Shown here piece after piece: positions 21,594-32,983 of a stretch of 32,983 nucleotides of DNA. Numbering within the stretch: position 1 is the stretch's first letter; each line of letters opens with the position of its first letter. A model generated the notes under the pieces. The model searched no databases. It was given only the letters and a program-made list of their open reading frames with translations, and was not told where the DNA came from. Both the position numbers and the translations under genes were made by a program. This stretch comes from Toensbergia leucococca (lineage: Eukaryota), in assembly GCA_022813965.1 (NCBI GenBank), contig JALDZS010000235.1:1-32983 (forward strand), read 5' to 3'.

Positions 21594-22933
21594 CTAAACT
21601 TGGTCTTCAATTCCTCTTGAAGAGAGTCCCAACTGCGACAGCTGGGTCTCTTTGAAGCTACCTCTGGGGCCTTGGGAGATGTCAATATCCGTCGTCTTAT
21701 TGATGACATTACCTTCCATGTTCTCCAGCGAAATATAGCTCCCGTTCGCACTCAACACCAAGCGCTTTGCTGGCCGAGTCGAGTGCCTGGAGGTCCACAG
21801 ACCGCTAAAAAAGCCCATGGTCGAAACAGTGAGATCTCGAAAGAATCTGTAGAAGATGCGCGAGAGCGCCATGTTGGCAGCTATGATAGCAATGTTGTCT
21901 TCCGCCCTAACACGAGTGCCCAGATTACTTTCCGATTCTGATTTTTGTAATAGAACTATACATACCTCACCCAGATATCCAAATCAACCAAAGCCCCTAG
22001 TTGAAGAGTCAGCTCGTAACGATTGGTCAAGTCGAGGAATATGCTCACAAGAGATGTCGGGACTCTTGGTAGCTGTTGGTATGATTACTGCTCGTGCGAC
22101 AGCACATGCAGTTGCGCTATTTCAAAGTCAACAACTGTACCAAACCTTGCCAGCGTGTCACCTACAGCAACCCCAGACCTGTTAAGCTGCATATTGCAAT
22201 CTTCAGACGCAGTTTCATCTGTAAATTGTACACGATATATATAGGCATTCCAGAGCAGGCTAAATCTGACACGATAGACCATCCTGTCGGTTGTGTTAGC
22301 ATCGACCTTTGAGAAAGATACTGGGCTCAACTTTACCAACTTGCATATAATTGAACCCATCAATTATATCAATACTCCAGCAGGTCCCATTCATCGTCCA
22401 CAGTGCATCAAATGGTTGACACCGCGCAAGAAGGACGACAATATTGGAGCCTGAAGTAAAGGCCAAGCCAGCGATCAAGAACCACAAGAACCACTTGAGC
22501 CGTTTACCGTTCTCGATTCGGAGAAGGAAAATGCAGATGGAAATCTTCGTAAATCCAATAGCGGCGAAACTCACCATTGCGCCAATGTCGTCCCATTTAG
22601 TGAGACCGGCGATTTGATTGGGGGTAAGATAGTATTGGTGTCGTCCGAATCCACTCTGGACCTGAAGTACGTCGGCTGCAAAATCGGCAACATTGAAAAT
22701 CTAGCCAGGCATCAGTATAGGATAGCGAGCGAGCAGAGTCTTGACTCTTTCAATTCTCTTACCAAGCCCCAGGCTATTGCAAAATCATCCCAGCCTTGGT
22801 GACGGGTACATAATCGCGTTGTCAAGCGTAACAAGGTTGTGACAATTGCGACTGATGTGAGCACTGCGTCGACTTGAATGCAAAGTGGTCCTCTGTTCTG
22901 GTCACCATCCGAAGGGGGAGGTAGCGGCTCCAT
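21594..22933 (-). CDS. PTH11-like / fungal rhodopsin-domain integral membrane protein lacking a CFEM domain (354 aa)
   Basis: Six exons: 22933-22763, 22700-22337, 22283-22166, 22116-22049, 21996-21966 and 21906-21594. All introns are GT..AG and the frame is preserved. Family motifs: DQNRGP, LRLxxR, GWDD, GFGRH, TKISICIFLLRI, CQP..W...GTC, SDL..SGMP, LQM, AEDNIAIIAAN. Confidence 0.9.
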
Positions 22934-23425
22934 TACAGCTCGGTGGTAGTAGCAATAACGAGGCAGCAAAGAGAGAGTTCAGAGTTGGAGCCTTTTTTGC
23001 TGACAAGCTTGATTGCGACAGGTTAAAGATGCAGCGAATCATGAATGCCTCTTTGGGATTGGATTCCATGTCGGCGTGTTCCAAGTATAGGGAGGTATCG
23101 AAAAGACGAGAGAGTCACATCGGAGAATATCTGACTTGGCCCTAAAGCTATTGGAGGAGGATTAAGTAGCTCTTAGCTAGCAGAAGCCATGGTTCTGACG
23201 CTCAATCCTGATGCATGAATGTAACAACAGATGTCCTAGCGGCTCCAGTCAGCTTATTTGTTGGTGCATTTAGGGCCTCACCCCGGGAAAAGAAACAGGG
23301 ATTTCAATCCAGGTGTGCATGTTGCAAACAATTGGTGCTTATTCGCCGCCCATGGATTTGGATCCCACCCGTGCATGGCGTCCTCAATCCATCACCGCAA
23401 AACATATATGTCACGCACAGTTGAG

Positions 23426-23460
23426 CATTTCTCATTTCTCATTTCTCATTTCTCATTTCT
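23426..23460. repeat. Tandem heptamer (CATTTCT)5
   Basis: Five perfect copies read directly, ~500 bp upstream of the PTH11-like start. Confidence 0.9.
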
Positions 23461-24908
23461 AAATTTCTTACCATTCTTGTCTTTTCATTGAGGGCCCCAT
23501 CACAGTGACAGTCCCCACCTCGCCTACCCAGAGGGTTATGGATTCAGGATGAAAGGTATGATGAAGAGAGGAGAAAGCACGCAATCAAGGAGGTAAATGA
23601 CATTTAATACATGTGGGAAAACCCAAGTCCGAATGTGGTGCATCTTGTCCACGCGATGTTGCGCCCGGGTAGGGCTGACAGGGGTGAGGTGGGGGTGGAG
23701 GGGTGTTGTACATATTTGTACTCTGTAACAAACCATCCATTTAAATAAATGGGTACATCATCACAATCAATGCATCTAGCCCACATCAATGCATCTAAAA
23801 CCAAGTTCCAGGGTTGAGAAAGTCCACCAACGCTACGGTGTAGCGCTTGAAATTGACAGCAGCCCAATCTTGATCTGTAAAACGTCATATCAAATCTAGG
23901 ATTATATTCAAGTCTGCAGGCCTGTGTACTACTAGTAGGTAGTTGGTAACAGAAATGCTATCTTACTCAAGCGCTGATCCAGCTCGTCATCTCCTCTTAG
24001 GAAGTCTCTTATGGAGTCGAAATCATCCATTTCCGATATTTATTCTTGGATGGTCTCGGTCAGATGTTATCACCTTGACTTGGGACTGATCTCATTCCTT
24101 TGACGACAGCCTCCTCGCTGTTGAGAGAGACAAGCAAACGGGATGCAACTATCAAACAGCTTTAAAGACAACCTCATATCAGGTCTTATGCCCCTCAAAC
24201 CTTGGGTTGAAAGCTAATTGGCTCATTTGTTTTAACTCTAATCAAATTATGAACCATCCGCTTGCTTCACCTTGAAAGCGTACGTGCTTCAAAATCCCAA
24301 TCATGGCCTCAGCTTCGTCGCACCTAATGATATCCATAAGAAGACAATTGGGTTTCAAATCACAGGTAGTGAGCTTGCATCTTCTGATCATTGAAGGCGC
24401 TGCTGCTACGTCAAGGCATATCTACTGGCACTAAAGGGAAAGGATTGTGGAATGGATGAGTGCTTATATCGCTAATTTACCAGAATTACTCCTGCCAACC
24501 TCGTAGTAAAATAGTGACCATGTGCCGAGTTGAAGTTGAGTCCATGTCTTGCTGCTTGAACAGTGAGGCTTTTGCAAAAATTGCTGAGGTTTCTGTATAT
24601 CAAAAGTTCGAAAATATGAAACTATTTCCACTCTGGCGTTCTATCAAACTTTGATGATAATTTCAAATAACATAACAGGGTTTTCCACACATATGCCTTG
24701 CAGGTGGACGTTCAAGTGACATTTGCAAGAGTGTAATCTGTATATTGAGTATTCTTAAAGGATACGAGATAAAGAAGAACGACAGAATTCCTCAAATATT
24801 TTCGGCGAGTCAAAATACTCAAATGAAACAGTGTTTTTACTACGATTGGGTGTAAGAAATATTTAGCGACGATCATCTAAGCTCGTTCCCAATGTCTCTG
24901 TCGTGCTT

Positions 24909-26346
24909 CTACTCCCCCATTTCTTCTCGCAGGATCTTGACTTGCGTCTTGATCTGTTTCCATAAGATGTATTGGTCAAGATCAATGTCCTCCTCTTGAG
25001 AAATGCCTTCTTGGGCAACCAAGGCCTTGAACTGATAGATATCCTCGAACAATGTAGTGTCCTGATCAATCTCATCCTCTTCAGCAGCTATTGCTAGAAA
25101 GGCGGCCAAAAACACTTCTTGCAAATAGGCGAAGCTAAAATCTTTCGTGATAGCAGCGGTGGCTTTGCTGATTTGAACGGGAAACTCAATGTCTTTGTTA
25201 TCCGCAAGTTTGCTGCGCCAAAACTCACAGTATTGTATCCTCTGCTGCATGTTAGGTTCCGAGAAGAGGTACTTCCGGTCGAAGCGGCTAGGTCGTTTGG
25301 CAATACCGGGGTCGAGACGATCCAAATGATTCGTGCTGCCAACCATAAGAATACCGTCGTTACTTTGAAGGCCGTCGACCTCGTTGAGGAAGTAGCTACG
25401 CACACCATCTGTGATGATGCTGTCCAGATCTTCGAAAATGAGAAAACAAGGGGCGAACTGCCTTGCTTTGGAGAAAATTTGGCTTATGGCATATTCTGCA
25501 CCCCCGTACGAGGCCAGAGAGCGGACGTATAGCGACGGTATGGGATCGGGACGATCGGAGAGCGAATGCATTATTGCTTTGATAGAGATGGTCTTTCCAT
25601 TACCTGGAAAGGTGAGTGTCTTCAATCAGAAGCCTGCCAGCCTTGTTCATACCTGGAGGACCGTAGTAGATTACCCCCCGCTTCCAAGGAACTTTGAAAC
25701 CTTTGTACTTCTCCTTGGAATTGAAGAACCTTTCAACGTCTCCAATGATAGCCTTCTTCTTATCTGCATCTAGTATGACGTCATCCCAAGAAGATTTCTG
25801 CACGCTTTGCCATAATTCCGGGCTTTTATGCCAGTAACCACCATCAAAGATGAGAAGTTCATTGTGTAAATCAAGCTGGTATTGTGACGCAGCACGAATG
25901 AGCGCATTAGCTGACTCTTCCGAGGACGAGAGTATGTAATTGTTGTAGGTTGAAGGATAACCTTTCACAATGTAGAGCAAGTAGATTTCGTCCCTCCAAT
26001 TGTAGGTGTATTTTCCAAAAAAGATGCTGTCAACCAATATCCCGGCCGATTGGTCTGTACGCTGGGCTGGTGGTATGTATTTGCGCCATTTCAGTGAAGC
26101 AGAGACGGCGTCATCTTCTTCAGCTGGGGTAGAGCTGGCTTTCCCGGCAGCAGCGTAGCGCAATAGGTCACAGCTGTAAACTTGGCAAGTGGTCAAATGA
26201 AGTTGAGGGTACTGGGAGCGGATTGCTTCGACTATGATAACATCGGTATCAGTTTGTTGGGCGCTAGAGTGGCGGATGAATTCCTGGCCGACGCCATCAC
26301 TAGGCTTCAAGGCTTGCTGGAAAGGAAGATGGTCGGTGGTATGCAT
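24909..26346 (-). CDS. Single-domain AAA+ ATPase (~462 aa; start uncertain)
   Basis: Exons 26346-25653 and 25603-24909. The intron 25652-25604 (GTATGA..CTCAC..CAG) splits Walker A, GPPGNGKT. Other motifs: WDDVIL, VPWKRG, Walker B LIFEDLD, and the second region of homology STNHLDRLDPGIAKRPSRFDRK. Confidence 0.92.
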
Positions 26347-27261
26347 TGTTTACCACAATTTCGAAAGGCGAGGGCATTCTCGATCTGAACGACATGATGT
26401 TCGATTTAAGGTGCTCCAGGCAATTGTAGTTGCGGCTCAGCCATGCGCCAGAGGCAGGGGCTATGCTAGGCTCCCTTCGAGCTTCGATTGATCCAAGGCT
26501 TGTGGTAGGAATGAAAATCATTTCAATGATTTCTCGTGTCAGCTCTTGACTAGATAGGGTAGGTATCCGAACTCCCTACTCGGTACGCACAGTCAATGCG
26601 GATACAGCCCTACGGAGTAGAATAACCTCGAGCCAAAAGGTAGAACTACTTGAAATGCTCCGCTATCGGCATCCGCACGGAATACGGAGTACCAAGAAGT
26701 GATATTGTAATCACGACCTCACATGGACAAGCTCGGATGAAGGAGTGGATGAATAATACGGGTACTCTACCTTCCTACTGACCCACCATAAATGACGTAT
26801 TTATTCTGTGCATCTCTCGTTTACAAATCCACAATTTGTTGAAAATCCTAAACAACCAATCGAACTCGAATGGACGAGCGGATTGTACATCCTCCTGCCA
26901 TTCCTTTTATGTCCTTCTTTTTTCCATTGGTCAGGGTCCCCATTGAGGACGAATTCGGACTTTACGGACTTTGTCAGCATTGGAGGATTTGTTCTGCTAT
27001 GACTCAACATGCCTCCCTAGTCCCACACAATAATTCCCTTACTTCGTTTTCAATTAGATAAGGGAGAGGTCTTCCTCTTTCAGCGAGTGTCTGGCAGAAT
27101 TAATTCTCGAGGGTCAAAATCAAAGCTCTTCAGCTCAATTGCCCACAATGTTCGACCAGCAGCCGGAAGAGTTGTACAGGCGGCAAGTAGAGGGCGGAGG
27201 TAATTATCATTGGACTCCTCTTTCGATTCATTGCTAACCGCTCGTAGGTCATGAAACAGCG

Positions 27262-30200
27262 ATGCATAATATTGATGAGTCTGAACGGGCTCCGAGGCCT
27301 GAGCCGAGCACCACAGCAACGACCTCGACTGCCGTTACACCCGAGCATTCTTCAGAAGCGAATGTCGATGGGACATGGGGTGAGCGAGATGTTGGTGGGC
27401 CCGTTAACCACTTGATGGCAATGGAAGAATATGAGGAAATGAGACGAGAGCTTACTAACCTGAGTCACTCACGTTCAAGATCGTCGATCAACAGTGATCG
27501 CGGAGGCATATTCAAAACCAAGACTAGCAAAACCTCCAGAAGTAGGAAATCAGACGGCGCTAGGCGCCAACGTACACAATCTCCTTCACATTCAGAAATG
27601 ACTACTGAGAAAGACTTGGAAGCGGGTAATACTGAAAATAACGCCAGAAGCGACGAGGATTTCGAGCTAGGTGCTTTCATGAAAGAGGGACATTTCGAAA
27701 AGAGGAATGAAGTGGGAGAATCTGCTAAAAAAGTCGGCGTCGTGTTCAAAAATTTGACAGTCAAAGGTGTGGGAAGCAAGGCGACCTTTGCTCGTACCTT
27801 ACCAGATGCTATACTTGGAACCTTTGGACCGGATTTGTATCGCATACTCTCAGGCTTCATACCAGCATTGAGATTCGGAAAGTTAGGAGAAACTAGAATA
27901 CTTACCAATGATTTCTCCGGCGTTGTTCGAGATGGAGAAATGATGCTTGTGTTAGGCCGGCCGGGGTCTGGATGCTCAACGTTCTTGAAGACCATCGCCA
28001 ACAATCGCAGCAGCTTTGCGGAGGTGACAGGGAGCGTTACATATGGAGGGATCTCAGCCGAGGAGCAGAACGAACGTTATCGCGGCGAGGTCAATTACAA
28101 TGGGGAAACGGATGACCACTTTCCGATGTTAAACGTCTTACAAACCTTGCGATTCTCACTTCTCAACAAAACGAGGAAGAGGGCGATAGGGGAGATTGAC
28201 ATCATTATCAATGCCCTTCTAAAGATGTTTGGTATCGACCACACTAGGTACACACTTGTGGGAAATGAATACGTTCGAGGAATTTCTGGAGGGGAACGAA
28301 AGAGAGTGAGCATCGCAGAAACAATGGCTTCAAAATCGACAGTCGCCTGCTGGTATGTATCGTCTACTTCATTGCATCGACAAAATAGATCAAGGCGATT
28401 AACAAGATTAGGGATAACTCTACTAGAGGTTTAGATGCTAGCACGGCGTTAGACTACGCCAAGTCATTACGAATCATGACAGACGTCAGTAACCGTACTA
28501 CTTTGGTAACTCTTTATCAAGCAGGAGAGGGTATCTACGAGTTAATGGACAAGGTACTCGTTATTGACGAAGGACGAATGGTTTATCAGGGACCGGCGAA
28601 TGAGGCGAAACAATATTTTATTGACCTTGGTTTTGAGTGTCCTCAGAAACAGACTACTCCAGACTTCCTTACCTCTGTGACTGATCCTCTGGAACGAACA
28701 TTCCGGGAAGGATTCGAGGCCCGAGCTCCAAAATCTGCGGAAGAATTAGAATCAGCATTCAGGAATAGCCCCAGCTACAAAAACGTCCTTGCAGATGTTG
28801 AAGACTATGAGCAGCACCTAGGCCTTACCGACTATGCTGATGCAAGAGCTTTCAAACAAAGTGTTAGAGAGCAAAAATCGAAGACTGTTTCCAAAAACTC
28901 CAATTTCACAGTCAGCTTCTGGAGACAAGTAATGGTAATAGATCAGAAATTTCTTCCTCGAGAGACAGCAAAATACTAATGAGATATAGGCTTGTACCGC
29001 TCGCGAGTTCTGGCTTGTGTGGGGCGATAAAACAACTCTATATACCAAGCTCTTCATCATCATAGCAAATGGACTTATTGTCGGCTCTCTATGTCAGTGC
29101 AAGGCCTTTAGTGTATTATGTGCAGAGACAGTAGCTAACAGTTCATAGTCTATGGCCAAGCTGACAATACAGAAGGAGCTTTCTCTCGTGGGGGAACTGT
29201 CTTTTTCTCCCTCATTTTCCTTGGTTGGCTTCAGCTCACCGAGCTGATGAAGGCAGTTTCCGGACGCGTCGTCGTGGCCCGACATCGAGATTATGCTTTC
29301 TACCGGCCGAGCGCTGTCTCGATAGCTAGGGTCATGACTGACCTTCCTCTGATCATAGTCCAAGTCATCATCTTTAGCATACTCATGTATTTTCTGACAG
29401 ATCTTTATTCCGACGTTTCCCGATTCTTTATTTATGTACTTTTTGTTTATGTCACAACTATTTGCATCACTGCACTGTATCGCATGTTGGCATCTCTATC
29501 ACCGACCATCAACGACGCTGTGCGATTTTCTGGTATCTCTCTGAACATCCTGGTCGTCTTCACAGGATACGTCATTCCCAAAACCCAATTAATATCGGAA
29601 AAGATCTGGTTTGGATGGCTCTACTACATCAACCCACTATCATACGCTTTTGAGGCAGTTTTAACGAATGAGTTGTCCGGCCGAGTCATGGCTTGCGCTC
29701 CGGAACAACTTGTTCCTCAAGGCCCAGGAATTCAAACACAATATCAAGGCTGTGCAATCAGCGGGGCCCAACTAGGTAGCACAAGTGTAACTGGGGAGAG
29801 GTATCTCTCCGTCACGTTCGATTAGTGAGTGCCATCATCTCCCACCGCAAAGCTCAATCTAACCATCTTCTAGCTCGAGGTCTCATCTCTGGCGGAATTT
29901 CGGTGTCGTCATCGCTTTTACGGTCCTCTACATTCTAATCACAGTTGTTGCCTCCGAGCTTTTCTCGTTCGTTGGCGGTGGTGGAGGCGCTCTAATCTTC
30001 AAGAAGAAATCTAAGCAGCTCAAAGCCACAGCAACTCCAGTGGCTGATGTGGAAAAGGCAGGCGACGCTGGTAACAGTAGCTTGTCGAGTGGTCACACCC
30101 AAAGCCGCAATGAAGACGGTGAAGCGCTTTCAAAATTACCGAAGAGCGAAAGTATCTTTACCTGGAGTGATGTTGATTACGCCGTCCCATACCAAGGATC

Positions 30201-32133
30201 CGAGCTTCAGTTACTCAATAAGGTCAATGGCTATGCTAAGCCAGGGTTTATGATTGCATTGATGGGAGTATCCGGGGCTGGAAAAACCACTCTTTTGAAT
30301 ACATTGAGCCAGCGCCAGAAGATGGGTGTCGTGTCTGGTGAGATGCTAGTTGATGGGCGTCCGCTAGGTACAGAATTCTCACGAGGAACTGGGTTCTGTG
30401 AGCAGATGGATATCCACGACGGCACAGCAACTATTCGTGAGGCGCTAGAGTTTTCTGCAATCTTGCGTCAAGATCGCCATATCCCACGAGAGGAAAAGAT
30501 TGCTTACGTGAATGAAATAATCGATATCCTTGAATTGTACGAAATCCAGGACGCTCTTATCATGTCCCTTGGAGTAGAGCAAAGGAAGAGACTTACTATC
30601 GGCGTTGAACTGGCAGCAAAACCTTCTCTTCTTTTCTTGGACGAGCCTACCTCTGGCCTCGATAGCCAGTCCGCTTTCTCTATCATTCGTTTCCTGCGGA
30701 AACTGTCCCGAGCTGGTCACGGTTTGATTTGTACAATACATCAGCCATCGTCGATTCTTATCCAACAGTTTGACTTGATCCTTGCCCTCAATCCAGGTGG
30801 CAATACGTTCTATTTCGGTCCTGTGGGTGAAAAGGGCAGCGCAGTCATCAAGTATTTTGCCGATCGCGGTGTGCAATGCCCACCATCGAAGAATGTAGCA
30901 GAATTCATCCTCGAAACCGCAGCAAAGATAGGGAAGAGGAAGGACGGCAGGAGGCTGGACTGGAACGAGGAGTGGAAAAACTCACAAGAACACAAGGAAG
31001 TCCTATCTGATATTAGTCGATTCAAAACAGAGCGCAGCAAGGTCCCAGCTGCAGCAGCCGATACTCAGCACGAATATGCTTCCCCAGTGTGGCTTCAAAT
31101 CACCATGCTCACCAAACGAATGTTCACCCAACATTGGCGTGACCCCTCCTACCTCTACGGGAAACTCTTTATATCCGTCATTGTCGGAATCTTCAATGGC
31201 TTTACCTTCTGGCAACTCGGCAATACCGTTCAAGATATGGAGAACAGGATGTTTACATCCTTTCTCATCATCATGATTCCCCCCACAATCGTCAACGGCG
31301 TCCTCCCGAGATTCTACCAAAACCGTGCCCTGTGGGAAGCACGCGAGCAGCCGTCTCGCATTTACAATTGGGTAGCCTTCTGCACAGCAAATGTCGTGAC
31401 TGAAATCCCCATCGCCATCATCGGCGCGGTGATCTATTGGGTCCTTTGGTACTTCCCTACCGGCCTTCCAACCGACAGCTCAACAAGTGGCTATGTCTTT
31501 CTGATGACAATGCTTTTCTTCCTCTTCCAAGCCAGCTGGGGCCAATGGATCTGCGCCTTCGCTCCCGACTTCACTGTCATCTCAAACGTTCTCCCCTTTT
31601 TCTTCGTCATGTTCTCCCTCTTCAACGGCGTCGTCAGACCCTACTCCCAGCTCTCCGTGTTCTGGCGTTACTGGCTCTACTACCTCAACCCAAGCACCTA
31701 CTGGATCGGCGGCGTCATCGCCGCCACCCTCGCAGACACCCCCGTCCAATGCGCCCCCGCCGAAGCCGCCTACTTCAATTCCCCACCCGGCCAAACCTGC
31801 AGCCAGTACGCCAGCGCTTTCGTTACGAGCGCCGGTAGGGGCTATCTTACGAATCCCGATGCTACCAGTAATTGCGGATTCTGCCCTTATACGGATGGGA
31901 CGCAGTATATGGCCACGCTGAATATTGTACCTGGAGACAAATGGAGGAATTTTGGCATTTTCCTCGCCTTTTGCATCTCGAATTGGGCGCTGGTTTATTT
32001 TTTCATCTACACAGTCAGGATCCGGGGGTGGACGTTTGGGTGTGGACCGCTGTTTGCGGGGTTAGGCAGGGCGGTTGAAGGGGTGAAGAATGCGGTCAAG
32101 AGAGTGGTGGGAGGGAGGAAGAAGGGGGTTTGA
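27262..32133 (+). CDS. atrF: Full-size PDR/ABCG multidrug ABC transporter, AtrF-like (1550 aa)
   Basis: Introns 28353-28411, 28935-28989, 29093-29148 and 29825-29873 give a 4653-nt frame. NBD1 has GRPGSGCST, ISGGERKRVSI and CWDNSTRGLD. NBD2 has GVSGAGKTT, LGVEQRKRLTIG and FLDEPTSGLD. Two TMDs are present. The N-terminal WGERD..AMEEYEEMRRELT and AKKVGV..RTLPDA..TFGPDLY match Aspergillus AtrF as I recall it; orthology was not computed. Confidence 0.93.
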
Positions 32134-32954
32134 TGTTTTGGGGGATGGAATAAAGGAAGCGATGGATTAGACGGGATGGGGAGGATGGTTGTTTGCTACC
32201 GAGCTTTTTCGCATGATTGGGCATTTGGAAAGGCGATGCGGGAAGAGAGAACCGTCGCCTTTTTTTTCTCTTTTCTTTTTAGGCTTCTTTGCTCTCTCTC
32301 AGTCCCTTTTTACACAATTAGAGTATCTCATGAGCACACTTCGCTTTTGCATTGATAGGATAGGATAGGATAGGGGGGTAATCTGTTAGATTTTTTTAAT
32401 TATTTTTCAAACCCCGATTTTCCTTTTTTTTTCTTCTTAGGGAAGGGGGGGCGGGTGGGGGGTTTGGATAGATTCAGAGAGAGAGGATGGTAGGTAAGAT
32501 AGGGCTCGGCCCTCTCAACCCCAGTGGAAATGTCTCCTAAACCTACTTCGTTGACTGGATCTCCGTCTTTTCAATAAAACTCAGCCCCCTATTAGAGAAC
32601 ACACACAAATATACATGTCATCAAATCATATCTCAGCTTAATGAAAGAAAGGAACTTTACTTCCATTTCCTACCTCTCTACCCTGTGGAAAGAAAGGGAT
32701 GTGATGGAGATACATCTGCCCGTTTCTATTTTTAGTAAAAGGGAGGCAGCGTTGGGAGGACTGTGAGTTATTGTGCGTGCCTGAATTTAATAAATCTTCA
32801 GAGACCGGATCTTTTTTTTGAGGGGGGGGGGCCGACTGGAGTTTTTTGCATTTAATCCCTCTTTAATTCTCTCTCACCACCAGCCCCACTCAAATGACTA
32901 CTCTTGCTTCTCATGACTTGTCATTTTCCTTTTTTTCCTTTCTTTTCCTTTTTT

Positions 32955-32981
32955 GGGGGGGGGGGGGGGGGGGGGGGGGGG
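32955..32981. repeat. Poly-G run (27 nt) at the window end
   Basis: Read directly. It may be a genuine homopolymer or a sequencing/assembly artefact. Confidence 0.7.
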
Positions 32982-32983
32982 TG

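Noticed and set aside
26317..26395. Extra 5' exon (MSFRSRMPSPFEIV) for the AAA ATPase
   Set aside because: It is in frame but needs a 37-nt intron without a clear branch site. Left unresolved; ATG 26346 was used instead.
27465..32078. Antisense and alternate-frame ORFs within the ABC transporter and other genes
   Set aside because: Shadow ORFs of the real coding frames with no independent motifs.
6951..32133. Hydrolase, Hsp31 and ABC transporter as members of the RiPP cluster
   Set aside because: These are widespread families separated from the precursor by unrelated genes; the transporter is ~24 kb away. Nothing in the sequence links them.

Overview
Eukaryotic DNA from a filamentous ascomycete, judged from short 45-80 nt GT..AG introns with CTAAC/CTGAC/CTAAT branch sites and from the fungal gene families present. 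The main result is at the left end and is not shown correctly by the ORF track. A spliced minus-strand gene (2229->1910) encodes an 89-aa secreted precursor: a signal peptide followed by two Kex2-delimited, Tyr-containing repeats (KR-AAEVADAAV[A/T]Y[K/I]F[L/I]D). It sits head-to-head with a DUF3328/UstYa-family gene (3089->3473) that has lost its catalytic middle. This is the architecture of a fungal dikaritin-type RiPP locus, here apparently orphaned or decaying. Two non-autonomous DNA transposons are nearby: 138-670, with a perfect target-site duplication and apparently inserted into a reading frame, and 5952-6562. The remaining genes are ordinary: a CCCH zinc-finger protein, an alpha/beta hydrolase, an F-box protein, an Hsp31/DJ-1 glyoxalase, a conserved hypothetical protein, a PTH11-like membrane protein, an AAA+ ATPase and an AtrF-like PDR ABC transporter. 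There is also a ~6.9 kb gene-poor stretch. No rRNA, tRNA or CRISPR was seen. All family calls come from motif recognition by eye, not from database searches.
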